Shown here: positions 26,094 to 38,151 of the stretch, one piece after another
How the letters are laid out: every line of letters starts with the position of its first letter
Numbering within the stretch: position 1 is the first letter of the stretch
Assembly (NCBI GenBank): GCA_965235115.1
Contig: OZ249436.1
Location: 14,942,001-15,006,000, forward strand
DNA length: 64,000 nt
Origin: Laetmonice hystrix
Taxonomy: Eukaryota
Direction of reading: 5' to 3'
Position numbers and translations under genes: made by a program
Notes under the pieces: generated by a model
What the model was told of the DNA's origin: nothing
The model's input: only the letters and a program-made list of their open reading frames with translations
The model's database searches: none

Positions 26094-26955
26094 TGGTTTA
26101 AGTTCCGCCAGGAAGCGCGTCATTCTGAGCCCGTGGTATAGATTAACCCCCCCCCCCTCGGAGCACATAAGCCCCTACTGGACCCCACCCGTATAGGGCT
26201 CCCTCGCTTCGCGAGCTCGGCACTGTTGGCCTCTCTGTAACCCCCCCCCCCCCTCCTTTGAAAAAATCCTAAATCCGCGCCTGGGTCGATATCGCGGGCA
26301 TATGGACCAATCAGAAAGCAGCATTGTTACTGGGACTGTGTTAAAACAAGTTACATGTAGGCCTACTCGTGTTGTGGCTCGCCTTATAATGACATTCGGA
26401 CGTAGATTCTACTTCAGTCAGTAATCCGGGAGTAAGGTAATGGAATCATCAGTCATGACAAAAGGAGATGGATATTGTTTTCAGATGTTTATTTATATAC
26501 AATGTAATAAGTCATGTAACAAGTCCCGGTTTTTCATTCAATCCTCGATGCTGTCAGATGTCATTACCCTTATCAACATTCTCCGGCCTGGTGCAGTGCC
26601 TATTGTTGATTATTGTCAACATTGTGTCGACGCTTCATGCTCAACAGATAAATGTCATTTCAGCGTCGATAAGAACTGCAGTACCGTACTAATGTTTCCA
26701 GGGTCCCCTGTGAGAAAAGATGCTATCCTGACAGGAGTGTGGTCCACCAATAACAGCTCGATAACCTGATCCAAACACAAGGCGTCAAGTCAACTTCGTA
26801 ATTGCTATTTTCAAATGCCAGTTTATCACAGTTTGATCCATCCACATAGGGTGATGCTGACTTCATAATTTCTCCCTGATGTGTTCGCCAGTTTGATGTC
26901 CTGTTCTTCAGGGAATCCGTCAGCTTACAGCCGTTGTGTAGGTCGAGGTCGTAAC

Positions 26956-27751
26956 TTAGAACAGGCGCATAGCAGCGACACCTGCCGTGAGCAGCAACAC
27001 CAGAGATCCTGACACGGACACTGCAGCATTCTGCCCCTGTAAATATAGACACACATATACATGCTATTAATGTCCAGATAATTTATAATACAAAGGTGAA
27101 CCATGAAAACCGTAAGAGAAAATGCACACCTCAGGCCTTCGGCGCTCCTCATGTGGGGCATACACCGGCATATCGTGGACCCCCACCCCCCACCCCCGCG
27201 AAATAGCCTGCACGCGCCTGCCCGATAACTATTGTCCCTTAGTTAGAGGATTATCACACTAATAGTAAACCACACAACTATGTCGATTGTATTGTTACAT
27301 TATCATGACCCGCTCACCTGAGTAGTGTTTGTTGCGGCTGCGGTTGTTGCTTCCATGGTTGTGACGGCGGCGTTGGTGACGGCAGCGTTGGTGACAGCGG
27401 CGTTGGTGACGGCGGCGTTGGTGGCGCCGTCAGCGGTGGCCGCGGCCGTTACAGCGTCAGTGACTGTGGGGACGACGGTACTTGTTGATCCTTCGCATCC
27501 AGCTGAAATTTTGATGGTGAAGAAATTATTTCTCTTTTTTATATAAAAAAAAAACATGTGAAATGAATTGTAACTCCATGTGAAGCCGGTTTGTGTCGGT
27601 GTTGCGGGTTTACACTTCAGCACATGCCTATTACTGCATTAAATGTCAGAAGGGTTAACGAAATATCAAACACAGTTGGTCAGATGATTTAAGTTTCCTT
27701 ACCGAAGTATGCGATCAGGGAAACAGCGATCAGGGCAGCGACAGTCTTCAT
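26956..27751 (-). CDS. Same family, tandem copy 6 (104 aa; MKTV...)
   Basis: Exons 27751-27703, 27502-27318 and 27036-26956; intact. Confidence 0.87.
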
Positions 27752-28794
27752 GATTGGGTTATGTTGTGTTGTAGAGCTTGAGTTTAGCGGTCGCTGCAAA
27801 TCAAACATATTCAGTTCATATCTAGTTATTGGTTCTCCAAAGCAAAAGTAGCCACAATTTCAATCCAAATTGTGACGTGGTAATCATGAACTAAACAACT
27901 TTCCAAGCTAACGCATGAGTAGTATTGGCTGTGAAATGTTCTTGTGTATTAAGTATTAGACGGTAAGTGAGGAGAGTCAGCCAGTTATGAGAGATACCCC
28001 ATGCTGGTACAACAGGTATCGCTAATGTTGACTGTGTTTCCCATGGTCTCTTCGTATACTCACTGTTTCAATGGTTCCAGTCGGCTGTTTGCTGTCCCTT
28101 CTTGGACTCCCCGAGTTTTATATAGGTTAACCTGGGTTCTGGTTGCCATAACACCAACACGACAAGAATAATACCTTAGCCGTTTTAATTCGTTACACAT
28201 TCGTCAAGAGATTATGCTGAGGCTTGTAACTCATTACAACATACTAAGCTATACAAGAGTGTCGCTATAGGAAGTCTTTCACAGCCGGGTTGGTATTATT
28301 AGAGGATTTCCAGGGAGCAAACGCAGAGACCTGCGCGCCATCTACTGTGAACGCCTGCGCGTAATCTTGGATCAATTAAAAGATCTCAGTTTAGATTTTT
28401 CTATGCGTCGCTCGGAACGCCGATTAACAGTTATGTCTATTGCCAAGGATTACGTAAGTCCATAACATGTTTTCACTAGATACGGGAGAACTTCACACAG
28501 AAGAAAGCCCGTTGGTATGCATAGTCATTCCACCGTAGACTTAATAGGCCAGTAGGTATGTTCATCTGTGTATAGTCTATTATTTCTTAAGAGGCTCGGC
28601 GCAGACGTGTACGGCTCGAAAACTTAAATGTTAAAGGTACAAGGAGAGTCTGTTAGCGGTATTTTAGTCACCACGACACTTTTATGCGTGTACATGTATA
28701 ACGCTGTTACATTGCGTGTATGAGCAGGTCCTAGACTGCATGTAGTAAGACTTCACGCGTTAAGATTATAGTTAAACATTTTAGCTGAAAACAC

Positions 28795-29142
28795 ATGAAG
28801 AGTCCAGGGGAAAAACGATCTATGTCACATTTTACTGATTTGCTAGAAAACGACAAAGAAAATTAAAAACGACTTTATGGACTTAGATCGTTTTCGTCTG
28901 TTGATATGCTGTCCCTATGCTGTACCATTGGACTTGGATCGTTCTTGTTCTGGACGCCGTGGACATAGATCGTTTTGGACAAGGATGCTAAATCATTATA
29001 CCCCCACAGCCAAGGACTCGAATCGAATTGACCTTTTTCTCTTGGGTCACAACAAAGCTTGATCAATAGTCAGGCAGATGGCGCAGTAATCGCCAATCCG
29101 ACAAAGATGTGACATAGATCGTTTTTCCCGTGGACTCTTCAT
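28795..29142. mobile_element. MITE with about 36-bp TIR
   Basis: ATGAAGAGTCCA(G/C)GGGAAAAACGATCTATGTCACAT in inverted orientation at both ends. Confidence 0.8.
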
Positions 29143-29737
29143 ATAGAGGTCTACATGCGACCCCTGAAGTTTAGACTATGTTATCATTGATCAGTAACTC
29201 ATTGTAAAACGACCAAATCACTATCGGCGCTTTGCTGACACTTCGCATTAGGGGTTTTTAGGGGCGCGACGATATGAATGAGGCAGGCGGACTGTCAACA
29301 GGCCATTCAGTCACTGGGGAGTAAAACTAGACAGTATTCAGTTGGGCAGGACGTATGCCCATTCACTCTAGTCAAAGGGTTGATTATGTCCCCTTGACCT
29401 GTTATTTATGGATATGGATAAATAAATATGGATGAAAATAAATATGTAAACCGTTTTTTAAGTTAACCGGTTCAGCAACAACTGGTGACCAAGAGAGGCC
29501 CATAGGCCTGCAGGTGGTGTACCCGAAATCTTGCCGGTCAGCCTTCTTATGCCCATATTCATAATTATAGTGTTCCGAAACTATTATAACCTTATTTGAC
29601 CGTTACATGACACAAAGGTTATAGAATACATGTAGTCTACATTCATTTAGCTTTAATTAATACCAACGGGCTCAAAACAAATGTAATATACACGACGAAT
29701 GATGCTGAAACCCCATGGTTAATCCAATCTACAAAGA

Positions 29738-29913
29738 AAGAAAATCTATGACCCACAAAATCAACGCCTCTAGATACACTGACATTAGGCCTAATATTGC
29801 TTCATTCAATCAGTGACTGTCTGTCAAGAAAATCTATAACCCACAAAATCAACGCCTCTAGATACACTGACCTTAGGCCTAATATTGCTTCATTCAATCA
29901 GTGACTGTCTCGT
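29738..29913 (+). repeat. 88-bp direct tandem duplication
   Basis: AAGAAAATCTAT(G/A)ACCCACAAAATCAACGCC... begins at 29738 and 29826. Confidence 0.85.
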
Positions 29914-31086
29914 CATCGTGCCATATATTGACAATCTTTTTATTTTGGTACAGGACATTGCTAATATAGCCACATGTAGTTGCCGAGAATGAATCGGTTC
30001 GACAGGAGAAGTTCTCAGTGACGATCTATTCCCCCAGTTTTGGTTTCATTCAAATTTAATGATTTCTAACTGACGAAACATGCAATAAAGTTATAGTGCT
30101 ACTATCTATCGGGTAGTCATAGAACTAACATATACTATCCACAGTTGTCTCAACGCCACATCGAGTGTCCAGTAAATTAATTGAGGGGACTCGGCTATGA
30201 GATAAACGACGCAATCTCCAGAAAACGTCATGTAGTACTCTTTGAAAAGAACAGATTGTGCAAGGGCAAGCGTCTAATAATCTGTGTGGAAGAGACTTTT
30301 GTCATCTTGTAGGATAGGCCTATCCCACTCACTTCGGCGTCATTGGGCGAAATTTTCCAAGTCCAATGTTCCACTGTCAGGAGTAGGTAATTTTAATGGA
30401 ACAGCCAGCATTGTAAGCGGACCGGGATAATAACACAGGGCATTCCTACGTAATGCTGGACGTTCCATTTTGAAATGACCTAGGCCTACTCCTCTCAGTG
30501 GCCAATAGAAATTTGAATATTTCCGTCAGGTACGACGCCGGGGCAAGTGGGATTTTCCCGTTTCTGATACCTCGATGACAGGACGGGTAGAATTCAAGTG
30601 TTCTCTAATATTTAGGTGCTTTTGTTTATCAAAGATCTTTTCTGAATATATCAACTATAATTTTATAAAGGATTAATCTATCCCTAGGGATATTTAAAAA
30701 AAAATGACTCGGCCAATATTAACCATCGGCCTCGGTTATAATGGGGGTTGAAAGGGGAAACAGTTGTAGATACATGTATACCCTTTTTAATCCCTATATT
30801 TTATTTTTCAAATCCATCAAATCCTTGTCAAAATATCAGTATTTTCATGAGGAAAACAAAGTCACCTTCTGTTTTCTTTCATATGTTTTATTCACAACAT
30901 TTCCAAGTTATATTATAAACCTCTGGTTTCCTTATAGATAAGCACATTCGTAAGTATATGAGCAGTACATTTATATCGAATTAGCATTATGTAGCTTTAT
31001 GTATTCATTTTCTATAAATTAATAATGCCTTCTTTAACATTTCCCTATATTATTAAAGACGTATAAAAAAATAAATACCCCCGAAA

Positions 31087-31735
31087 CCCCTTTCACACTT
31101 GGCGCACGATTAATTGCGACCGAAATGGCCAAATCGGTTGTGCGATCGTCCCAAAAACTTTTGAATCGCAACTGAATCGCAGTAGCTTTCACAAATGCGA
31201 TCGTGTTCGTGCGTCCACATGCGAGTGTTGCACGACCCAGTCGCATACGCTCGTGCGATCGATCGTCACTCGTCACTCGTACAACCAGTGCGACCGATCG
31301 CATGCTCGTGCGACTGGTCGTGCGAGCATGTTTAGGGGAGACCTGTTACACGAGCATGCGATCGCTCGCACTGTTGCACGACTGTTGCACGACTGTTGCA
31401 CGACCTCCGGCCGATCATGTACGCGCTTGTAGTCGCACATGATCTCACACAGTCGCATAATGGTCGCACAACGTTGCACGATGAGGTGCGACTTGTCGCA
31501 CAACAGTCTCATGGTCGCAGGACACATTTTCCAGGTCGCACGACTGATCGCCAGTGGTCGCTAGCACTCGTGCGACTGTTGCGCGACCTCCGGCCGATCA
31601 TGTGCGAGCTTTCAGTCGCACATGATCGCACGCGGTCGTGCGATCGATCGCATGACCGTCTGCAACGGTCATGCAACGGACTGCCATAATTTTGGTCGCA
31701 CCAAGTCGCCTCTGAATTTTTGACAGGTTTTCAGT
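31087..31735. mobile_element. CpG-rich truncated DNA-transposon/MITE arm in the 3'UTR of paralog 7
   Basis: Starts CCCCTTTCACACTT (Harbinger-like end); many CGATCG/GTCGCAC motifs; internal duplication at 31398 and 31580; no matching second TIR. Confidence 0.55.
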
Positions 31736-31772
31736 CACGACCTTTCTGTCTATAGTGACGACGACGAGTAGT

Positions 31773-32573
31773 TCACACGACCTGGGAGACGCTGACGACT
31801 GCCGCGATGAGAACAGTCACCGATCCTAGAACCATCCCGGCACCGTTCTGGGCCTGCATGGGTCGAAGAAAATGAGAGATGAACCAAAAGATGAAATAAG
31901 TTTCTAAGTGCTCGTATTTTCATATTGGCGCCAACCACATCTTTTGTTAAGGCAGAGTAAACAAATTGAACCAAACATGTCTGTCGTTACTGTAGTTCTT
32001 CATGACACGTTTCTCTATAAGCCTAGCAAACGTTTAGAAATGTATTTTTGTTGTCTGCAATAAAGCTTTATCGACGTCAACCATATTGTTTTCTTGATTC
32101 TAATATGAAATAATAATCAGAGAGAAGCCTACCTGTGTTGTGATTTCTCCTACTCCAGTGTTGGTAACGGCTGTTGCGGTCATACTTTCGGTGGCAGTCG
32201 GCGCAGTGCTGTTGTCTGTTGTGAAGGTTTCTGTAGTGGCAGTGGCAGAATCTGTGGCAGAGCCTGCTGTCGTTGGAGGGGCGCTGGTCGTGGCAGTTTC
32301 ACATTCAGCTACAACAAGAAAGTACCGTTAACGGAAATGTCTGAGAACAAAGGTCCTATACACCTTTAAAGAATTATGTGAGGTTTATTTTTGGTAACTC
32401 TCTAAGAACAGTTTCACCGTCAATCTGTCCATGTCGTTAGTCTCATACTGTAGGCTTACATGGTTTCTACAACCTAAAGATAATTGTACAGTACTGTGTT
32501 TTATTTGTAGACTATAGTACTCACCAAAGAAGACAACAATAGCGACGGCGGTGAGGATGGCGATGGTGTTCAT
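31773..32573 (-). CDS. Diverged paralog 7 (101 aa): signal peptide, Thr-rich region, GPI-like tail
   Basis: Exons 32573-32525 (MNTIAILTAVAIVVFF+G), 32308-32133 (AECETATTSAPPTT...DNST...EITTQ) and 31853-31773 (AQNGAGMVLGSVTVLIAAVVSVSQVV*). Same phases as copies 1-6; 5'UTR acceptor at 32597, donor at 32790. Confidence 0.82.
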
Positions 32574-33764
32574 GATTACGGAGCTAATACCGGTGGCTGT
32601 AACATCAAAAATACAAAATGTCCTTTTTTTCATTCAAATTCTCTCTGGAAAATTGCAAGAAAGAAATTGGAAAACAGGCAGACTAGGTCTACATAACTTT
32701 CCTCTTCCGGGAAACTAAGGTCATGACGAGAGCTCAACTTAGCCTATATGTACTGTGGATAGGGACACGATAGAAAATATCTGCACTTACTGGTCTTGCT
32801 GTAGCGAGGTGACTTTTTGCAGTTATGCAGATGGCGAAGTTCTTTAAGAGTTGTGGGTTACAAACCTGATGCTCGATGAACGGTAAAGTCAGACCAACCA
32901 CCTAATATATGCAGCGTACTAAGTCGTTACTATAAAGTTACCGACAACAGTTATAAATCCTGTAAAGGCGAGGCGCGAAAACTTACACATTATGGGCGTC
33001 CATTGCACCAGAATTTGGTGATTAATAAAATCTAGAGATATACACAATGGATTGCACACTAATTGAAAGTGAGGAACATGATATAAGTATGTATTTAATT
33101 AAGTTGATAAAGGCGAAAGTAGAGGTTTGAATAAGGCGCCACGGACATGAATTCAAACCTAAGTTTTCACACCTTTCTACAGGAGTTAATTAATAACTGC
33201 ATGTTGTCTGTTCTTATGGCAACACTCGGCATTATATAAGGCCTTCAGTCGACAGTGTAGCACTTAAACTGCAAGTCAGATCAACGAGAGCTTCAAAATC
33301 CAGCCTTTTAAAGGATCTCCGACCACATTCCAGGAAAAGTAAGGCCCACTTTCACATCTACGAATTTTGAGCAAAGTATAGAAGGGTAAAAAACATATTA
33401 TATACAGCGTGCAGTATACTGCATAGTGCAGAGAACCTCATGTACACACCTTTCTGAGTTATTGATGGTTCTGCACTATTATCAGCAAGAACTATTGGCC
33501 GGATGCAAGAACAGTGGCGAGAGTTAACCCCCAGAACGGCTTAACCCACTCTTTGGTTTAACCTCGTCTCTGGGTTAACTCAATATCACATATGGGCCTT
33601 TTTAACCAGCACTGTATGTCAAATAGTTTATCATAGTGACCTACAGTCACCATTCAATGATGCACACGGATTTGTCAAAAGAAGCGTTTGTCCAGCTGTA
33701 ACATGGAAATAATTTCCATTTCCAGCCAACTCCAGCACGGTGAAATCTTATTCCAGGAGACAAC

Positions 33765-34559
33765 ATGAACACCATCGGAGTTTTTTCTGTCGTCCTCATC
33801 GTTGCATTCTTTGGTGAGTACATGTAGCCCTATGCATTTCATTCTCAAAAGAGTCTTACTTTTGTGTACTTATCCAACCAAGTCCCTCTGTTCTAAGACT
33901 TCTTGCTTTTGATTTTGTTTTACCCATAAAGGATACCTTATCTCGGCCATGTCGCTGTATTTGAGCTCCCCTCACGAGTATTCCTAATAAACCATCCGCT
34001 CTAATTCCTGTGTTATTCCTCGTCTAAAGGTTTTTTTTCAATTTAAATGAAAAATAACGTCTAATTCAACATTTTTATGGATATAACTTGTGGTGTTCGT
34101 ATAGGTGGATGTGAAAATGCCACCACAAACGGCCCAACAACGGCAGTTGTCTCAAGCATAGATCCAGCGACAGTGGCAGTAGGCTCTACCACAGACAACA
34201 TGGCATCGGCTGCTACTGGCACTGTTGAGGCCACCACCGCTGCAGGAAACGCAACAGATGCAACAACGCAGGTTAGTTTCATCTTGAACCCGCAATGATA
34301 AAAATGTCAAACTTCATACTGCTATAGATCGCTTCCATTTTCCCGCTATTTTCAGCCAGGGGAAAGACAATCAATTTCAAAACGTTTGCAAGAATCATTC
34401 GCTAAAATCATTTACTCTCGATCAATGACTGACTCTTTCCATCCCTTCTTGAATTACTCACAGACCCCGGATTCGTCTCAGAATGGCGCCCACATGGTAA
34501 CAAGCTCTGTCGTCATCGTTGTAGCAACTATTGTCACTACAGCCCTCCTAGGGTGTTGA
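33765..34559 (+). CDS. Diverged paralog 8 (103 aa): signal peptide, Thr/Ala-rich region, GPI-like tail
   Basis: Exons 33765-33813 (MNTIGVFSVVLIVAFF+G), 34105-34271 (GGCENATTNGPTT...GNATDATTQ) and 34464-34559 (TPDSSQNGAHMVTSSVVIVVATIVTTALLGC*). TATA at 33233, 5'UTR donor at 33339, AATAAA at 34899. Confidence 0.83.
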
Positions 34560-35585
34560 CACGTGACAGTGCGTTGAACCAGTCGTAACCAAGCTAGATT
34601 TAAAGACGACACTTTTCTTGTAGTGTAGACGTTAAGATACACACCTATACGTCTTCTATATGTTGGTGTTGCAAGTTGTCTCCAAGCGGACAGGTGCACG
34701 TATGGATAAAACTTTGGTGCTTATTTAGTACGTATAAATTTGATCGGCTCGTCATGGGAAAATTTCTAACAGATATAAAGAAACGATTAAGGTCATTAGT
34801 GTTAAACGCCGAACTAAAAATAATGTACCTGTATGGAGGATAACGCTGGAGAAAACTGGGTGTGTATGTACATGTATAATCCGATTAAGTTGACGATGAA
34901 TAAATTTGAAAGTTTACAAGAACAATCTGTACATACATTTTACTTTCATCTGAGATTGTATATTGGTCAGTGTGAATTTCGAATTAACGCAACCATCGAG
35001 GTTAAATCAGGTATAACCAACCATAAGAGCGCAATCAGAGCCCCCCCCCCTACCCCCAACACCCCCTCATGAATTATTTTCATGTTCCCATCATGCAGTG
35101 CACCGGAAGTTTCAAACTATGAACCTGATTTGACCTTTTGAGGTCAAAAACGTGCCAGAATAGGTACATATTCGTTGCTTTATTTAATGCCCACAACGAT
35201 AAAATTGTTAATATTTCACTCTTTACTGACAAACCATTGTTAATCCATTTTAAAAGTAAAAATTGCAATGTTTGTGAAAAGAGAGCAATTCAGTCTTCAC
35301 TGTTTAAGGGGCATTGAAGTATTTATATATCAAAAAACCATGTAGGCTAATAGTCCTATGACTACCTCCATCTGTTGGCATTGCCAAGTATTCAAAATAA
35401 CTGTAAAACATTTCCGTCACGTATAGGTTCGCTACAGATAAATAGTTGTGAAATGTATACTTCCCATTTGAGTATCTTCTCCAAATTTTAACAGAAGATG
35501 CCCCTCGCCTATACCTTTCATTTCCACTACCTCACTGTACTGTTTGCTTGGGTACTAGGCCAGCCAGTATTATATAGGGACGGAA

Positions 35586-36745
35586 GATGTGTGTAGGGGG
35601 AGGGTCCATTGTCCTGCTCGACCACCAAAGCTCCTTTTTTAGGGGAGTCGCGGTGGCCGAGTGGGCATGAGTGTCGACACCTTATGCTATGCGAATGGGT
35701 GCAGTAATCTTGAGGCCGGGCTCGATTCCTGTAGAGGACTATACAACTTTTCTCTTTAGGGACATTGTCAAAGTAATTGGGTTACCCCTGATGCCCGTGC
35801 ATTTCAAAAGAAAAATACAGTCTACGCCAGTGCCAGGATTACCTTAACAGTCAATGTTCGGTAGAAATCATGTGTAGCTCTAATAGATTCCGTCTCATTT
35901 CAAAAAGATGTGTGTAGGGGGGAGGGTCCATTGTCCTGCTCGACCACCAAAGCTCCTTTTTTAGGGGAGTCGCGGTGGCCGAGTGGGCATGGGTGTCGAC
36001 ACCTTATGCTATGCGAATGGGTGCAGTAATCTTAGGGCCGGGGTTCGATTCCTGTAGAGGACTATACAACTTTTCTCTTTAGGGACATTGTCAAAGTAAT
36101 TGGGTTACCCCTGATGCCCGTGCATTTCAAAAGAAAAATACACTCTACGCCAGTGCCAGGATTACCTTAACAGTCAATGTTCGGTAGAAATCATGTGTAG
36201 CTCTAACTAGGAAAATATGGATTCCATCTCATTTCAAAAAGATGTGTGCAGGGGGGAGGGTCCATTGTCCTGCTCGACCACCAAAGCTCCTTTTTTAGGG
36301 GAGTCGCGGTGGCCGAGTGGGCATGGGTGTCGACACCTTATGCTATGCGAATGGGTGCAGTAATCTTAGGGCCGGGGTTCGATTCCTGTAGAGGACTATA
36401 CAACTTTTCTCTTTAGGGACATTGTCAAAGTAATTGGGTTACCCCTGATGCCCGTGCATTTCAAAAGAAAAATACAGTCTACGCCAGTGCCAGGATTACC
36501 TTAACAGTCAATGTTCGGTAGAAATCATGTGTAGCTCTAACTAGGAAAATATGGATTCCGTCTCATTTCAAAAAGATGTGTGTAGGGGGAGGGTCCATTG
36601 TCCTGCTCGACCACCATTTCAAAAGAAAAATATAGTACCAAAGCTCCTTTTTTAGGGGAGTGGCGGTGGCCGAGTGGGCATGGGTGTCGACACCTTATGC
36701 TATGCGAATGGGTGCAGTAATCTTGGGGCCGGGGTTCGATTCATA
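35586..36745 (+). repeat. Tandem array (about 3.5 units of 321-334 bp) each containing a tRNA-derived head
   Basis: Units start at 35586, 35907, 36241 and 36575; each has A box TGGCCGAGTGG and B box GG(T/C)TCGATTC; the three complete units have TTTT shortly downstream; the cloverleaf is degenerate. Confidence 0.8.
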
Positions 36746-38151
36746 TACAATTGCCTATTTTCAGACTTTCAGCAACTCAAGGTCCAATAAAGTGAAACGA
36801 AATGCATAAATATGTGATTTTCATACGGTATGGAAAATCATAACCTACGTGACGTTAAATATCACCTTTCTCAGTGTGCACAAAATATGCTTGTACTGGC
36901 CAAGGAATAATTTAAAACGCTAAATACATCTGTTGTACATAATATTAGGTCATTATTGCAATGTTTTTATGCATATCTGGTATTGTAATTCGCTACCGGT
37001 ACTGCAATTTTTGCATAGTATTCGTCACGTACGTTCGCTCATAGAAAAGAGGGCACTTCAGTCTTCAGTATTTACATCAAAACCATGTAATATGACTACC
37101 TCCATCTGTTGGCATTATATAAATATCGTGTGCTTCTTGAAAGTATTCAAAATACTTCAATGCAGTCGCTCTTGCTTTCAGTGCAAGCGACGATGAACAA
37201 ATGACCCTCGCTTGTAAAATCCTTGTAAAATGTGGACATGGCACTTAAGGTCATGTGCTACACCTCTCATATCTCGTGCCAAATCTCGCCATAGTAACTA
37301 ATGTATAAAACACAAACCCACTACATATCAATATTTCGTATTTTAAAAGAAAGAACAAGTGTTTTTCAGTTTAAAACTAGACAACTATGTCACCGTGCTT
37401 ATTTTTTTGTAATAAGCCTGGGTTTATAGGAAATGTATGCCTGTGCAAAGCCTTGAATTTACCTTGAAGGCCCCTGATGAGTGTAAGAAGCACTTAAAGT
37501 ACCCAAGACATGGATTTTCTATAGATATTCCACACAAAAGGTAGCATGGCGACATATGGATATTTATACATGTGTACATTGTTATAATCAGAACCACTTG
37601 TTCCTTCTATTAAAATACAAAGTATCGATATGTAATGGGTTTGATTTAGTGTAGCACATGACCTTAAGTCTGAACATCCTTAACGGCAAAGAAAAAACGT
37701 CCAGGAAATGTTTTGAAGACAACCCGAGGCCAACTTCATATTTCAACATTTTTATATTTCGTATGACAAAGCGTCCTGACAGCTCTCTGTACAATTACAG
37801 GGAGCTCGTGGCTACAGGTGGTCAACACATAACGACGTATTGTTGACGGTCAAGTCTATTTGTTTAAACTGTGAAATCAAAGTGTAGACCGCTCTATTGT
37901 GATATATCACCATGATAATAAATAATCCAGTATGCAACCGTTCAAACACAAACCATCTCGTCTACATAAGCAATTAGCAATAGTCTAAGGATATAATATA
38001 ACATTATAATACAATAACTTTTTGCGACATTAAGTGAAATTTATGATAAATAGGTACATGTATAAGCACGGATTCGAATGACAGCATTGTGGTGTATTTC
38101 GTATAAACAAACAAATCTTTATGTAATCTTGCTGTTATCTTTCAGAGAAGT

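Noticed and set aside
31034-31689. Several overlapping ORFs on both strands
   Set aside because: A by-product of a GC-rich, stop-poor repetitive element; no recognisable domain.
35645-35745. Functional tRNA genes
   Set aside because: The acceptor stem pairs for only about 3-4 bp, the T stem is partly broken and no anticodon arm folds; treated as tRNA-derived repeats.
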